From a virus, in IMG/VR virus record IMGVR_UViG_3300018015_000429: 24,808 nucleotides of DNA; one strand, written 5' to 3'. Below, piece after piece: positions 15,748-24,045 of the stretch. The notes under the pieces were generated by a model, which made no database searches, was not told the origin of the DNA, and worked only from the letters and a program-made list of their open reading frames with translations. The position numbers and the translations under genes are program-made. How positions within the stretch are numbered: position 1 is the first letter of the stretch; each line of letters opens with the position of its first letter.

Positions 15748-16066
15748 CATCGACGAGAGTTACGGCGAAGAATACAAAGGGCACTATATTGCAAGGCAGA
15801 TTCCCATAGCCGTTCATGACGAGATTGTTGAGAAGTACACGGAGTTCAATCATGAGACTGGTAAGGTTCTAAGGATAAATCACACTGCAATTGGACTCGA
15901 ATTCATCATCGCAAGTTTAAAGCAGCCGCCTAGTAAGCCCATTACTCTTGAAAAGCTTTTGAGCCATGATATCGAAACATGTGTTCCTCCCGATCTAGCA
16001 GACTTTCTAAAGAAGAAAGTGAACGCAGTAATTACGACATCTCTTGAGGAAAGAAAAAACTCTTAA
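15725..16066 (+). CDS. Tail assembly chaperone G
   Basis: 113 aa after the tail tube gene, ending in ...ERKNS with an in-frame A AAA AAC slippery heptamer. Confidence 0.8.
   Translation: MPKQEEFDIDESYGEEYKGHYIARQIPIAVHDEIVEKYTEFNHETGKVLRINHTAIGLEFIIASLKQPPSKPITLEKLLSHDIETCVPPDLADFLKKKVNAVITTSLEERKNS
16054..16060 (+). other. Programmed -1 ribosomal frameshift site (A AAA AAC)
   Basis: X XXY YYZ heptamer in the correct phase (AGA AAA AAC TCT TAA); the -1 frame reads KKLLRAMRRETPHP... into ORF 16072-16263. Confidence 0.85.
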
Positions 16067-16071
16067 GAGCG

Positions 16072-16263
16072 ATGAGACGCGAAACACCGCATCCAGCTCT
16101 AACTAAGTACAGACTTTGCAAAGAATTCGGATGGACACTCCAGGAGCTAGATAAGCAGCCTTCCAAAAGGATCCAGGAATTTCTGATTATCATTAAGGAG
16201 ATTGACCGGCAAACTAAACTTGAGATTGAAAAGGCTAAAAAGGAGACTAATCGAGCCCGTTGA
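16072..16263 (+). CDS. Tail assembly chaperone T segment (C-terminus of the GT fusion, 15725-16263)
   Basis: LCKEFGWTLQELDKQP is a typical gpT-like motif; frame is -1 relative to G and open from the slippery site. Confidence 0.8.
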   Translation: MRRETPHPALTKYRLCKEFGWTLQELDKQPSKRIQEFLIIIKEIDRQTKLEIEKAKKETNRAR

Positions 16264-16631
16264 GCATAGAGTTTCGTGTTGAAGTTGGCGGCGTTGAAGA
16301 ATTCGCTAGAAAGATGCGCACATTAGATGAGAACACGCAAGCATATGTACAGGATGCTTTAAACGAGGTTGGCCAGCTTGTTGCTGCTCGAGCGCGCCAA
16401 CTAGCTCCCGTACGAACAGGCCTCTTGATATCAAGCATATTTGCCGAGATAATCTACAAATGGGTCGTCAAAATCGCATGCAGAGTACCCTACGCACTCT
16501 TCCAGGAGCTAGGAACAAGGTACATTCAGCCCCGCTTTTTCTTGACACGCGCCCTCGAAGAGAACAGAATCAATTTTCTCACGATTATCGCAGCCGGCTT
16601 ACAAAGAGCTGCAGATGAGGCATCAACATGA
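16260..16631 (+). CDS. HK97 gp10-like tail completion/neck protein
   Basis: GVEEFARKMRTL...ARARQLAPVRTGLLISSI...YALFQELGTRYIQPRFFLTRAL is the HK97 gp10-family signature. Confidence 0.85.
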   Translation: MSIEFRVEVGGVEEFARKMRTLDENTQAYVQDALNEVGQLVAARARQLAPVRTGLLISSIFAEIIYKWVVKIACRVPYALFQELGTRYIQPRFFLTRALEENRINFLTIIAAGLQRAADEAST

Positions 16632-17734
16632 GCATGGGCGAAATATCCGTAAACGTAAAGGCAATCAACGAGGCTACGTCTGAGTTTGAAGCGGTAGCTG
16701 CTGACGCTGCCTCTATGTCTTCTGCTGTTTCAGCTTCACCCTTGATTTTGCGACTCGAAAATCTTGTCTCCCCTGAGCTCAATGCTGTCGCTGAGGATGC
16801 AGCAAGAGTCAAAGCAAGCGTTGAAGCTTCCCCGGTGGCAATCAGTTTCGCACCTATCCCTCTTCCATATATCCCTCCGATTGAGGTTCCCCCGATTCAA
16901 ACAGGTTTCGCGCCTATTGAGCTCCCTGTAATCCCGCCGATAGAAGCTCCCACGGTAACGATAGACGTTCCACCAATTGAAGTTCCCCCTATCCCACCGA
17001 TTGACACTACGCTCATTCAAGATAGCATTAGCCAGGTCGGCACGCGTGCTGTTGAGATGGGTAGTGAGATTTCGGATGCTTCTTCGGTGGCGGCAAGTTC
17101 TTTTGCTGATGTTGGAGCCGGCGCAACGGAGATGGGAGCGCAAGTTGAGGCAGCATCTTCTTCTTTTACGGATATGCAGACGCACGTCGAAACGTGTAAT
17201 GTGAGCTTGCGCTCAATTTCAAGTGGTTTTAGAAGCTTCGGGATGATGGGTACAGAAGTTACGATGCTTGCTAGCAATTTCGGGCTTGTTGACAAGGAAA
17301 CAGCAAAATGGATGCGTACGATATCGCTTATGATAACGGTTGTGGCCACTGCAGCTCGAATGTACAGCTTCCTTTCAATGATGACTACCGGCCAGACGGC
17401 TGCTGTTGCGATTGAAGGAACTACAGAAACGGCCACTGCAGGCGCCATCAGCCTTTCAACAGTCGCCCACAACATCTATGCTACTGCATGCCAGATTGCA
17501 ACTGCAGCCGAAAACGCCTTGAACATCAGCCATGCAACCTTCCTAGCCTTGACGGGAGTTGGAATCGCCGTTATCATAGCAGCAGCTGCAGCAGTATCGA
17601 TTTTTGCGGCAAATATGAACAATGCCACGGCAAGCGTCAACAGTTACAATACTGCAGCAAGCAAGGTTCCAACGGTTACTAGAAACATCCAGCGTGCTCA
17701 AGAACAGAATATGCTTCGACGTGGTGTTGAATGA
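16628..17734 (+). CDS. Short tape measure protein with a Pro-rich repeat region and C-terminal hydrophobic segments
   Basis: N-terminal EISVNVKAINEATSEF is a TMP-type start; Ala/Ser/Thr-rich; LTGVGIAVIIAAAAAV TM-like segment; located between chaperones and hub. Confidence 0.7.
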   Translation: MSMGEISVNVKAINEATSEFEAVAADAASMSSAVSASPLILRLENLVSPELNAVAEDAARVKASVEASPVAISFAPIPLPYIPPIEVPPIQTGFAPIELPVIPPIEAPTVTIDVPPIEVPPIPPIDTTLIQDSISQVGTRAVEMGSEISDASSVAASSFADVGAGATEMGAQVEAASSSFTDMQTHVETCNVSLRSISSGFRSFGMMGTEVTMLASNFGLVDKETAKWMRTISLMITVVATAARMYSFLSMMTTGQTAAVAIEGTTETATAGAISLSTVAHNIYATACQIATAAENALNISHATFLALTGVGIAVIIAAAAAVSIFAANMNNATASVNSYNTAASKVPTVTRNIQRAQEQNMLRRGVE

Positions 17735-20637
17735 GCATCGGCAGCGTTGGGATCCCCCAGATCGCAGTTGTTTTAGGCACTGTTACACCCCCTCAAGGGG
17801 ACGTCATCGATGTTAGAGTGCATCTTGGCTGCACGAAAGAAGTCAGCAGTTTTGAGTTGACACTTCAGAACTGGAATAAGAAGTACAGTCCAGGCGGATC
17901 CACTCCGATAACTGTAGGCTCTAACGGCAGTATCTACGTTGGCAGAGGAACGAACGTACCCCCGATTATCACTTGCAAGGTTGAGGATATCGAGTATGAT
18001 GAACCATCGGTTGACGAGCATTATCTTAAGGTGACGGGCCGCTGCTGGGGAGAACGGCTTTTCAGCAGGGTCGTAAGCAGGACGTACACGAATCAGAAGG
18101 GCGAAGCAATAATCAAGGACTTGATGGATAATTTCGCAGGCCTCAGCCATACCAGAGGCGGCGTTGAACTTATCGAGAATACGAGTACAACCTATGCATT
18201 ACTTGACTATGACAATACCACACTTTGGGATATCCTCAAGTACATTGCCGAAACCTCGGATCTGAACGGAGCTATCGGCTTTGATTCTCGTGTTGCTCCT
18301 GATGGCAAGTTTGAGTTTTTCCCCTTGAACAGCAAAGCAGCAAGCGTATCACTAATAAATGTTCCAGAAGTTACGGGCTACAAAAAAGGCATTACTAGAA
18401 TTCGAAATAAGATATACGTTTTCGGCGCTGCAGAGAAAGTCTATCCTGTAAGCATGGATTTATTCACGGAAGGAACTAGCGGCTGGACAGCAGATGCAGG
18501 AGAGACATTAAGCGCAGATGGTACTAACAAGGTTTTCGGAAGCTACAGCGTATATATTCAAGGCGTTTCCACTTGGCCGTACCCTGCTTGCCGTATGAGG
18601 CTTGCCTTGCCCTCGAGTGTTGACTGCGGTGGCCATAATGGTTTTCAGCAGCTTAACTATGCTGTACGCAAGACTGGACAATGCATTGGCGGGAACTATT
18701 GGTTTTACTACTTTTACGTTCGTCTCATGACTGATGCTAACAACTATTTTGAGAAAATGTACACGATTGCTGAAGCTGATCAGCAGGACCAGCGCTGGGC
18801 ATACAATACAGATAGACTTGGCAAATCCTATGAAGTTCAAAGTAGTACGGAGCCTTACTGGGTTGCTTATGGAAATCCAGATTGGAGAAACATAAACTAC
18901 ATAGAGTTTGCTGGCTCAGGTGTCTGCGGTCCAGTTAACACGAATGGCTGGATTGCAATTAACGTTGACAAGCTTTTCTTTGATAAGGGTAGATACTCAG
19001 CAGTTGAGCAAGTTGCTGGCGATGAACTTCGTGAGCTCGCAGAGACTGATGAGGAACTTGTTAGTGATGCTGAATGTGACCTACGGGCCAAAAGTCTGCT
19101 AGCGTACTATAAGGACCCAGCGGAGTCTTTAACTGTCAAAAGCACGATTCTTGATTATGGTACCACGCCTATTCTTCCTGGAGACACTGTGCACGCTACT
19201 TTTCCAAATGAGAATGTCGACGGTGATTATCGCGTTGACACTATGGAGTATTATGCCGATAGCAAAGAGCAGACGCTTGAAGTAACTGTTGAGCTTGGAA
19301 AAGTCGCACCGCAACTTGCGGATTATCTTTATGGTATGCGCTCGAAAAGCATGAGCGTTGAAAAGCTTGCCAGGACAAAGGCTGGAATTGGCCAATTCGC
19401 AGTAGGATCCTTAAGTGCTGGTGCCGGTGGCGGTGGTGGGAATCATCATATTGGCCATGAAGTAGGAGACGTTAACGGCATTCAATATAGCAGCCCAGGA
19501 GTCGGCGGCTGGGATCCCCTCACAGGCTGGGTCGCACCGAACTTCATAGGGCCCCTTAGTGATACTGCAGCAGTCACTACTTTCAGAACGAAAAACAAGG
19601 CTAGCAGCATACCTATTGATCATCATTTTCAGCCTAGCGATAATGAATATGGAGTTTTGGGATGCGCTACTTATCATTGGAAAGAGATCCAAGGTAAACT
19701 ATTATTCTTGTATCAGGGCCTAGTTGCGCCCTATGGCGGCATAAAGATTCTCAATCAAGGTGACGCAAATCCCTTAGTATCTCTGATTAAGGACTACCTT
19801 GAATTCGGTCCTGGTGGCGCCTCAGCTCTTGATACTTGGCTTCACCGGATAGCAGCAGGAGAGATTGAGGTCAAGAATGACCTTGTACCAACAGGAGACA
19901 ATGCGGGGAAGATTGGTTATGGTGCTCCTTCAGGTGGTACAGCGCTTCGTTGGAGCGAGATTCACGCTGTAGACATTTACGGCAGCCAGTTTCATTTAGC
20001 TGGAAACTTTCTTCCGGACGCTGATAATCTTTATGATATTGGTGCTACTTCGCAGCGTTGGCGGGATATTTACCTCTCCGGAGCCATCAAAGGCTTGGCT
20101 GGCGGAGTAGCCGTTCAGTTTCTGCCAAATGTTGATAATCTGTATAATCTAGGCGCTGTAGGAGCGCGCTGGGGTAACCTTTATCTTGCAGGTGTCGCCG
20201 ACGTTGGCTGGCTGAATATCGCTGGTACCATAGTCATCTCAGACGCGCGTATTCTGCAGAATGTAACAATGGACGCTGGCCTAATTACAAGTGGAAAACT
20301 CAACAGCTTAAGCAGACTGCCAAACGGCACAAGCGGCTATGTTCTTGAGGCTGAAGGCGCGAGTGACCCGATGTATGTTAACCCGAATGGACGATATACT
20401 CCTGCTGGCCACACGCATGCTGCAGGAGACATCATCAGCGGGGTCTTAGCTGAGGCAAGATGTCCCAATGTTTACGCTGGTGCAATAACGTTCAATGGCG
20501 GGATAACTGCTTCTGATTATAAAAGCAGTTACGGGACTTCAGGTTTAACAGCTGATGTTGCCGTTGCGAAGGTGGGTGGCGGCACTCGTACGTTGCATTT
20601 TCAAAATGGACTATACGTTGGATACACTGACAGTTAG
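17731..20637 (+). CDS. Baseplate hub/Tal-like protein fused to an inserted CBM-like domain and a C-terminal tail-fibre region
   Basis: Hub motifs FELTLQN, LKVTGRCWGERL, TLWDILKYIAE, RIRNKIYVFG, ILPGDTVH; Trp/Tyr-rich insert (~18457-18985); GGGGG linker; repeats FLPDADNLYDIGATSQRWRDIY; HTHAAGDI fibre motif. Confidence 0.8.
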   Translation: MSIGSVGIPQIAVVLGTVTPPQGDVIDVRVHLGCTKEVSSFELTLQNWNKKYSPGGSTPITVGSNGSIYVGRGTNVPPIITCKVEDIEYDEPSVDEHYLKVTGRCWGERLFSRVVSRTYTNQKGEAIIKDLMDNFAGLSHTRGGVELIENTSTTYALLDYDNTTLWDILKYIAETSDLNGAIGFDSRVAPDGKFEFFPLNSKAASVSLINVPEVTGYKKGITRIRNKIYVFGAAEKVYPVSMDLFTEGTSGWTADAGETLSADGTNKVFGSYSVYIQGVSTWPYPACRMRLALPSSVDCGGHNGFQQLNYAVRKTGQCIGGNYWFYYFYVRLMTDANNYFEKMYTIAEADQQDQRWAYNTDRLGKSYEVQSSTEPYWVAYGNPDWRNINYIEFAGSGVCGPVNTNGWIAINVDKLFFDKGRYSAVEQVAGDELRELAETDEELVSDAECDLRAKSLLAYYKDPAESLTVKSTILDYGTTPILPGDTVHATFPNENVDGDYRVDTMEYYADSKEQTLEVTVELGKVAPQLADYLYGMRSKSMSVEKLARTKAGIGQFAVGSLSAGAGGGGGNHHIGHEVGDVNGIQYSSPGVGGWDPLTGWVAPNFIGPLSDTAAVTTFRTKNKASSIPIDHHFQPSDNEYGVLGCATYHWKEIQGKLLFLYQGLVAPYGGIKILNQGDANPLVSLIKDYLEFGPGGASALDTWLHRIAAGEIEVKNDLVPTGDNAGKIGYGAPSGGTALRWSEIHAVDIYGSQFHLAGNFLPDADNLYDIGATSQRWRDIYLSGAIKGLAGGVAVQFLPNVDNLYNLGAVGARWGNLYLAGVADVGWLNIAGTIVISDARILQNVTMDAGLITSGKLNSLSRLPNGTSGYVLEAEGASDPMYVNPNGRYTPAGHTHAAGDIISGVLAEARCPNVYAGAITFNGGITASDYKSSYGTSGLTADVAVAKVGGGTRTLHFQNGLYVGYTDS

Positions 20638-20679
20638 CGCACGCGGTCGGGTTAATGTTAATGTTGAGGTTTGTATAGT

Positions 20680-21075
20680 ATGAAGCGGAAAATTGATGAG
20701 GAAATTAAGAAGCTTAGTCCTGGAGACCTCGTAAAGGTTACGTGGGGCGATGCAAGCATAGGCAAGAGCCTTGCATGTGGCACAAACGTTGACGTGGACG
20801 TTGAAAGCTGGGGTATCTACTTGGCAGTTCTGGGCACGAACAACAAACACATAATCCTTGCTCAAAACAATTTCCGCTATGCCGATGGCCTTTATGACTT
20901 GGATTATACGGCTATCCCTTTGCAGTGGAGCATAAAGGTCACTGTCCTTGAGAAAAATCATGTTTCCTGTCAGAAAGCCAAGGATCTGGTTAACAGTTTC
21001 TTGATTGGTGGAAGACGGACGGAACGTCGTTCGAGGCAGCAGAAGGTACGGAATCACCGTGACAGACTGGGTTAA
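20680..21075 (+). CDS. Hypothetical protein (SH3/Sm-like beta-barrel pattern)
   Basis: GAGGT RBS then ATG 20680; GDLVKVTWGDA...ESWGIYL...IILAQ...TAIP pattern. Confidence 0.65.
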   Translation: MKRKIDEEIKKLSPGDLVKVTWGDASIGKSLACGTNVDVDVESWGIYLAVLGTNNKHIILAQNNFRYADGLYDLDYTAIPLQWSIKVTVLEKNHVSCQKAKDLVNSFLIGGRRTERRSRQQKVRNHRDRLG

Positions 21076-21316
21076 ACAGGCCCTGACGCGCACTATTCAT
21101 CATAAGGGCCCTCGAGGAAGACATCAAGAACTTCTGATCACGCCCAGAGACGAGCTTGTGTACGGGGTCAAGTTTGCGATTGGCATGACGGTTTGCCTTA
21201 GCGCTGTTGAGATTGCGCATATGGCTTTTTTGCATACTTGGAACAGTGAAGTGTTCGCTGCTATAACTGGCCTTATCGGCACGATCACCGGCGTTTTGAT
21301 TGGGCAGCATGCTTAA
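21059..21316 (+). CDS. Small two-TM membrane protein, holin-like candidate
   Basis: GTG 21059 overlaps the upstream gene; TM segments VYGVKFAIGMTVCLSAV and VFAAITGLIGTITGVLIG; located after the tail genes. Confidence 0.6.
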   Translation: MTDWVKQALTRTIHHKGPRGRHQELLITPRDELVYGVKFAIGMTVCLSAVEIAHMAFLHTWNSEVFAAITGLIGTITGVLIGQHA

Positions 21317-21352
21317 GCTTACCATTTTCGCAGGGTAAGAGGAGGTGGAGCG

Positions 21353-21778
21353 ATGAAGAGAATAATGTTCTTTGTAGTTGTCTTGGCTTTGGTGGTGTTT
21401 GCGGTTGCTGTTCCCGTTGTTTTTGCGCAGGATCAGCCTCCGGAACTGCCTAACGACTGGATTCATGGAATCTGGGTTGCAGCACAGGCCACGCCTATCG
21501 CCGTGATACTTTCCTTGCTAAACTGCATGGCAGGGTACTTGTCGAAGACGCCTGCTGAAAATTTCAAGTTTGAAAACTTCGTGTACACGGCGTTGATCAG
21601 CTTCACAGTCGGCGTTGGCACTTTGTATGCTGGATGGAGTTACGCTACGGTGCAGCTCTGGTTTGCCAACGGCTTTCTCACTTGGTATCTATGGAAGGTC
21701 GCTGAGATAATTGCAAAAAAGCTGCATTTCACAAAGCAGGTAACCTCTGCGCCTGGCCTAGGTCCCCCAAAAACCTAG
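21353..21778 (+). CDS. Membrane protein with a signal-peptide-like N-terminus and about 3 further hydrophobic segments; lysis or egress candidate
   Basis: GAGGAGGTG RBS; MKRIMFFVVVLALVVFAVAVPVVFA|QD signal-like region. Confidence 0.75.
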   Translation: MKRIMFFVVVLALVVFAVAVPVVFAQDQPPELPNDWIHGIWVAAQATPIAVILSLLNCMAGYLSKTPAENFKFENFVYTALISFTVGVGTLYAGWSYATVQLWFANGFLTWYLWKVAEIIAKKLHFTKQVTSAPGLGPPKT

Positions 21779-21815
21779 CTTTTCGATTGGGTCTGTTCTC
21801 CTTTTCCCTTTTTTG
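21779..21815 (+). terminator. Oligo-T terminator ending the late operon
   Basis: cttttc...ccttttcccttttttg after the TAG; the next gene is convergent. Confidence 0.55.
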
Positions 21816-21851
21816 TCATCTTAGGTACGAATCAGTCGAAGCTTGCAGGAC

Positions 21852-22124
21852 TCAAGATTTGCCGTTTTCCTTCATAGGCGAAGATTTACCTTCTTTGGCA
21901 CTGTTCGGAAGATGAAGAACTGTAACCTTGTTAAGGTTTCTCGCCTCATCGTCAATTATCTTTAAGAAGTCCGTAGGTTTAGGCTCATGGTCAAGGTGAT
22001 AGATGCCCATTTCTCTCCAGCCTTCATCTCGAATTAGAGACTTCATCAATTCTTCCGAAAGTTTTCTGGCATTTCCAATCTTGTGCTTTAGCATCAACAT
22101 TCTAATTCTATTCTTGAGCATCAC
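21852..22124 (-). CDS. Hypothetical protein
   Basis: 90-aa ORF with TTTAAAAG TATA-like box about 30 nt upstream on the minus strand; no motif recognised. Confidence 0.5.
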   Translation of the reverse strand: MMLKNRIRMLMLKHKIGNARKLSEELMKSLIRDEGWREMGIYHLDHEPKPTDFLKIIDDEARNLNKVTVLHLPNSAKEGKSSPMKENGKS

Positions 22125-22243
22125 AAAACAATTCTTCTTCGTAACTTGCTTTTAAATGTTCGAATCTCCTTTTTGGGTGTTTTTTGGGGACTTTTTTTGC
22201 CAATTTGACTTAATTGTCAGTAGATACTGTGGGTGTCTGAGCA

Positions 22244-23689
22244 GTGAGAAGACGAAGAGAGTATTTCAGGATTCGACAGTTTTGTAGGCGCTATGATCGC
22301 GAATCGGGCAGGTTTGTTGTTAATGTAGCGTATGAAACTGCAGTTCCCAGACCTAGTGAGAGAGTTGTTGCTGTGGCTGAAGGCTTTGGATTAGGCCTTG
22401 ACAAATGGGAGAAGTTCGTGATATATGACAATGTTGAGTTGAAGTTTTCTCCGAAAGATGTCGTGTACATTACGGGCGATAGTGGCAGCGGCAAGAGCGT
22501 TCTTTTGCGGGTTCTGCTTGAGGATCTTGGGCATGAGGCGGTTGAAATGGCCCGTGTTGAAGTGGATCCTGATAGGCCGCTGATTGAAACGCTTGGCAAA
22601 ACTGTTGAAGAGGGTTTAGAGCTTCTTAGCCGCGTAGGCCTTAACGACGCGTTTCTTTTCCTGCGTACCTACAATCAGCTCTCAGATGGCCAGAAATACA
22701 GGTACCGCGTCGCCAAGTTGATTGAGAGTGATAAGCAATGGTGGGTTATGGACGAGTTCTGTGCTACACTGGACCGGGATACTGCCAAGATTGTGTCGTA
22801 TAATGTGCAGAAGCTTGCAAGGATTCTGGGAAAGGCTGTTGTTGTGGCCACAACTCACACGGACTTGTTTGAGGATTTGAAACCTAGTGTTCATGTTCAC
22901 AAGCGTTTCGGCAAGGAGATATCCGTCAAATACTATCCAAACAAGCCCACTCAAGAGTGCAGTTTGATGAGGGAGATGCATGTCTCGGAGGGTACGACGC
23001 AAGATTGGAAACAGCTCGCCAGTTTTCACTACCGAAGCCATAGACTAGGCGCAGTTCGCAAGATATTCTGCCTCAAACGTACAGACGAAGTATGTGGCGT
23101 TATTGCTTACTGCTATCCACCTCCCAATGCCTATGGCCGCAGAATGGTTTTGCCCCGAATGCGCATGAGTGAACTCAACGAGAAACTAAGCATTATCAGC
23201 CGTGTTGTGGTGCATCCCAAGTATCGTACAATAGGACTAGGCAAGAAGTTGATCCAAGACACACTGCCACTTGTCGGAACACATGTCGAAATGGTTGCAG
23301 TCATGGCCAAGTACAATCCCTTTGCAGAAAACGCGGGGATGCAGCGGATCGCCCAGCAAGGTCCTTTCAAAGGCCTCCTCAGCATTTGCGAGACTCTGTC
23401 TGGTTTGGGCTTCAATCCTCAACTCCTAAGCTCCGAAAGGTACGTATTGCACAAGCTGCGGCTTCTAAGCTCAACTGATTTGAGCAAATTGCGAGACACT
23501 CTAATCAAACACCGGCATCCTAGATTTCTGAAAGAATTTGCTTCACATGAGGTCTATGGAAAAACCAGCGTTTACGTTGAGGCAATGAGAAAAGCTCCAT
23601 TGGAAAAGATTGCCCGACTAGTAAAGATATGTGGGATGCTACTGCAAACCAAGATTTATCTATTCTGGCGAAACGATACTGTTAACTAA
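22244..23689 (+). CDS. ABC-type ATPase fused to a GNAT acetyltransferase-like domain (COG2401-like architecture)
   Basis: Walker A GDSGSGKS, signature LSDGQKYR, Walker B WVMDEF, H-loop ATTH; GNAT motif A ISRVVVHPKYRTIGLG and MAKYNPFAENAGM. Confidence 0.9.
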   Translation: MRRRREYFRIRQFCRRYDRESGRFVVNVAYETAVPRPSERVVAVAEGFGLGLDKWEKFVIYDNVELKFSPKDVVYITGDSGSGKSVLLRVLLEDLGHEAVEMARVEVDPDRPLIETLGKTVEEGLELLSRVGLNDAFLFLRTYNQLSDGQKYRYRVAKLIESDKQWWVMDEFCATLDRDTAKIVSYNVQKLARILGKAVVVATTHTDLFEDLKPSVHVHKRFGKEISVKYYPNKPTQECSLMREMHVSEGTTQDWKQLASFHYRSHRLGAVRKIFCLKRTDEVCGVIAYCYPPPNAYGRRMVLPRMRMSELNEKLSIISRVVVHPKYRTIGLGKKLIQDTLPLVGTHVEMVAVMAKYNPFAENAGMQRIAQQGPFKGLLSICETLSGLGFNPQLLSSERYVLHKLRLLSSTDLSKLRDTLIKHRHPRFLKEFASHEVYGKTSVYVEAMRKAPLEKIARLVKICGMLLQTKIYLFWRNDTVN

Positions 23690-23703
23690 AGGGATATGAC
23701 AGT

Positions 23704-23928
23704 TTATTCGCGTTCCATGTCAGCTTCAATTTCCTTTTTCCTACGCTTTTTCATCTCTTCATAGAGTTTTGTAGACTCTTTGTTTTCCACTTCGATGCCT
23801 GATGTGTAGAATCTTTTTCCGCAATTTTGGCAGGTAGTAAATAGTGCTGCTGTTTCTGGTGCATTATATTTTGTACCACAGTAGGGGCAACTCCATTCAA
23901 TATACGCTTCCTTTTTCTTACTTGCCAT
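23704..23928 (-). CDS. Small zinc-finger protein
   Basis: AAGGTGA RBS; CPYCG and CQNCGK pairs. Confidence 0.75.
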   Translation of the reverse strand: MASKKKEAYIEWSCPYCGTKYNAPETAALFTTCQNCGKRFYTSGIEVENKESTKLYEEMKKRRKKEIEADMERE

Positions 23929-24045
23929 TTTTTCACCTTTCTACAAGGTTTTTTGGGAGTTACGACCTTCAATAAACTGTTTTACAGTTATCGCTCTAAT
24001 CTCAGTTCCGTCGTCTGTTTTTGTTCTTAGCGCGCGCGCTCAAGT

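Noticed and set aside
16585-19692. Antisense and alternative-frame ORFs within the TMP and hub genes (e.g. 16736-17185, 17017-17475, 17773-18150)
   Set aside because: Explained by the biased Ala/Ser/Pro codon content of the sense genes; no independent evidence.
19400-20637. Diversity-generating retroelement acting on the fibre C-terminus
   Set aside because: No reverse transcriptase ORF and no template/variable repeat pair differing at adenines was seen in the window.
22244-23000. ABC transporter ATP-binding subunit
   Set aside because: No adjacent permease or binding protein, and the domain is fused to a GNAT; this fits a soluble enzyme rather than transport.
23751-23972. Basic 73-aa minus-strand ORF
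   Set aside because: It overlaps the zinc-finger gene 23704-23928, which has the AAGGTGA RBS and paired CxxC motifs.
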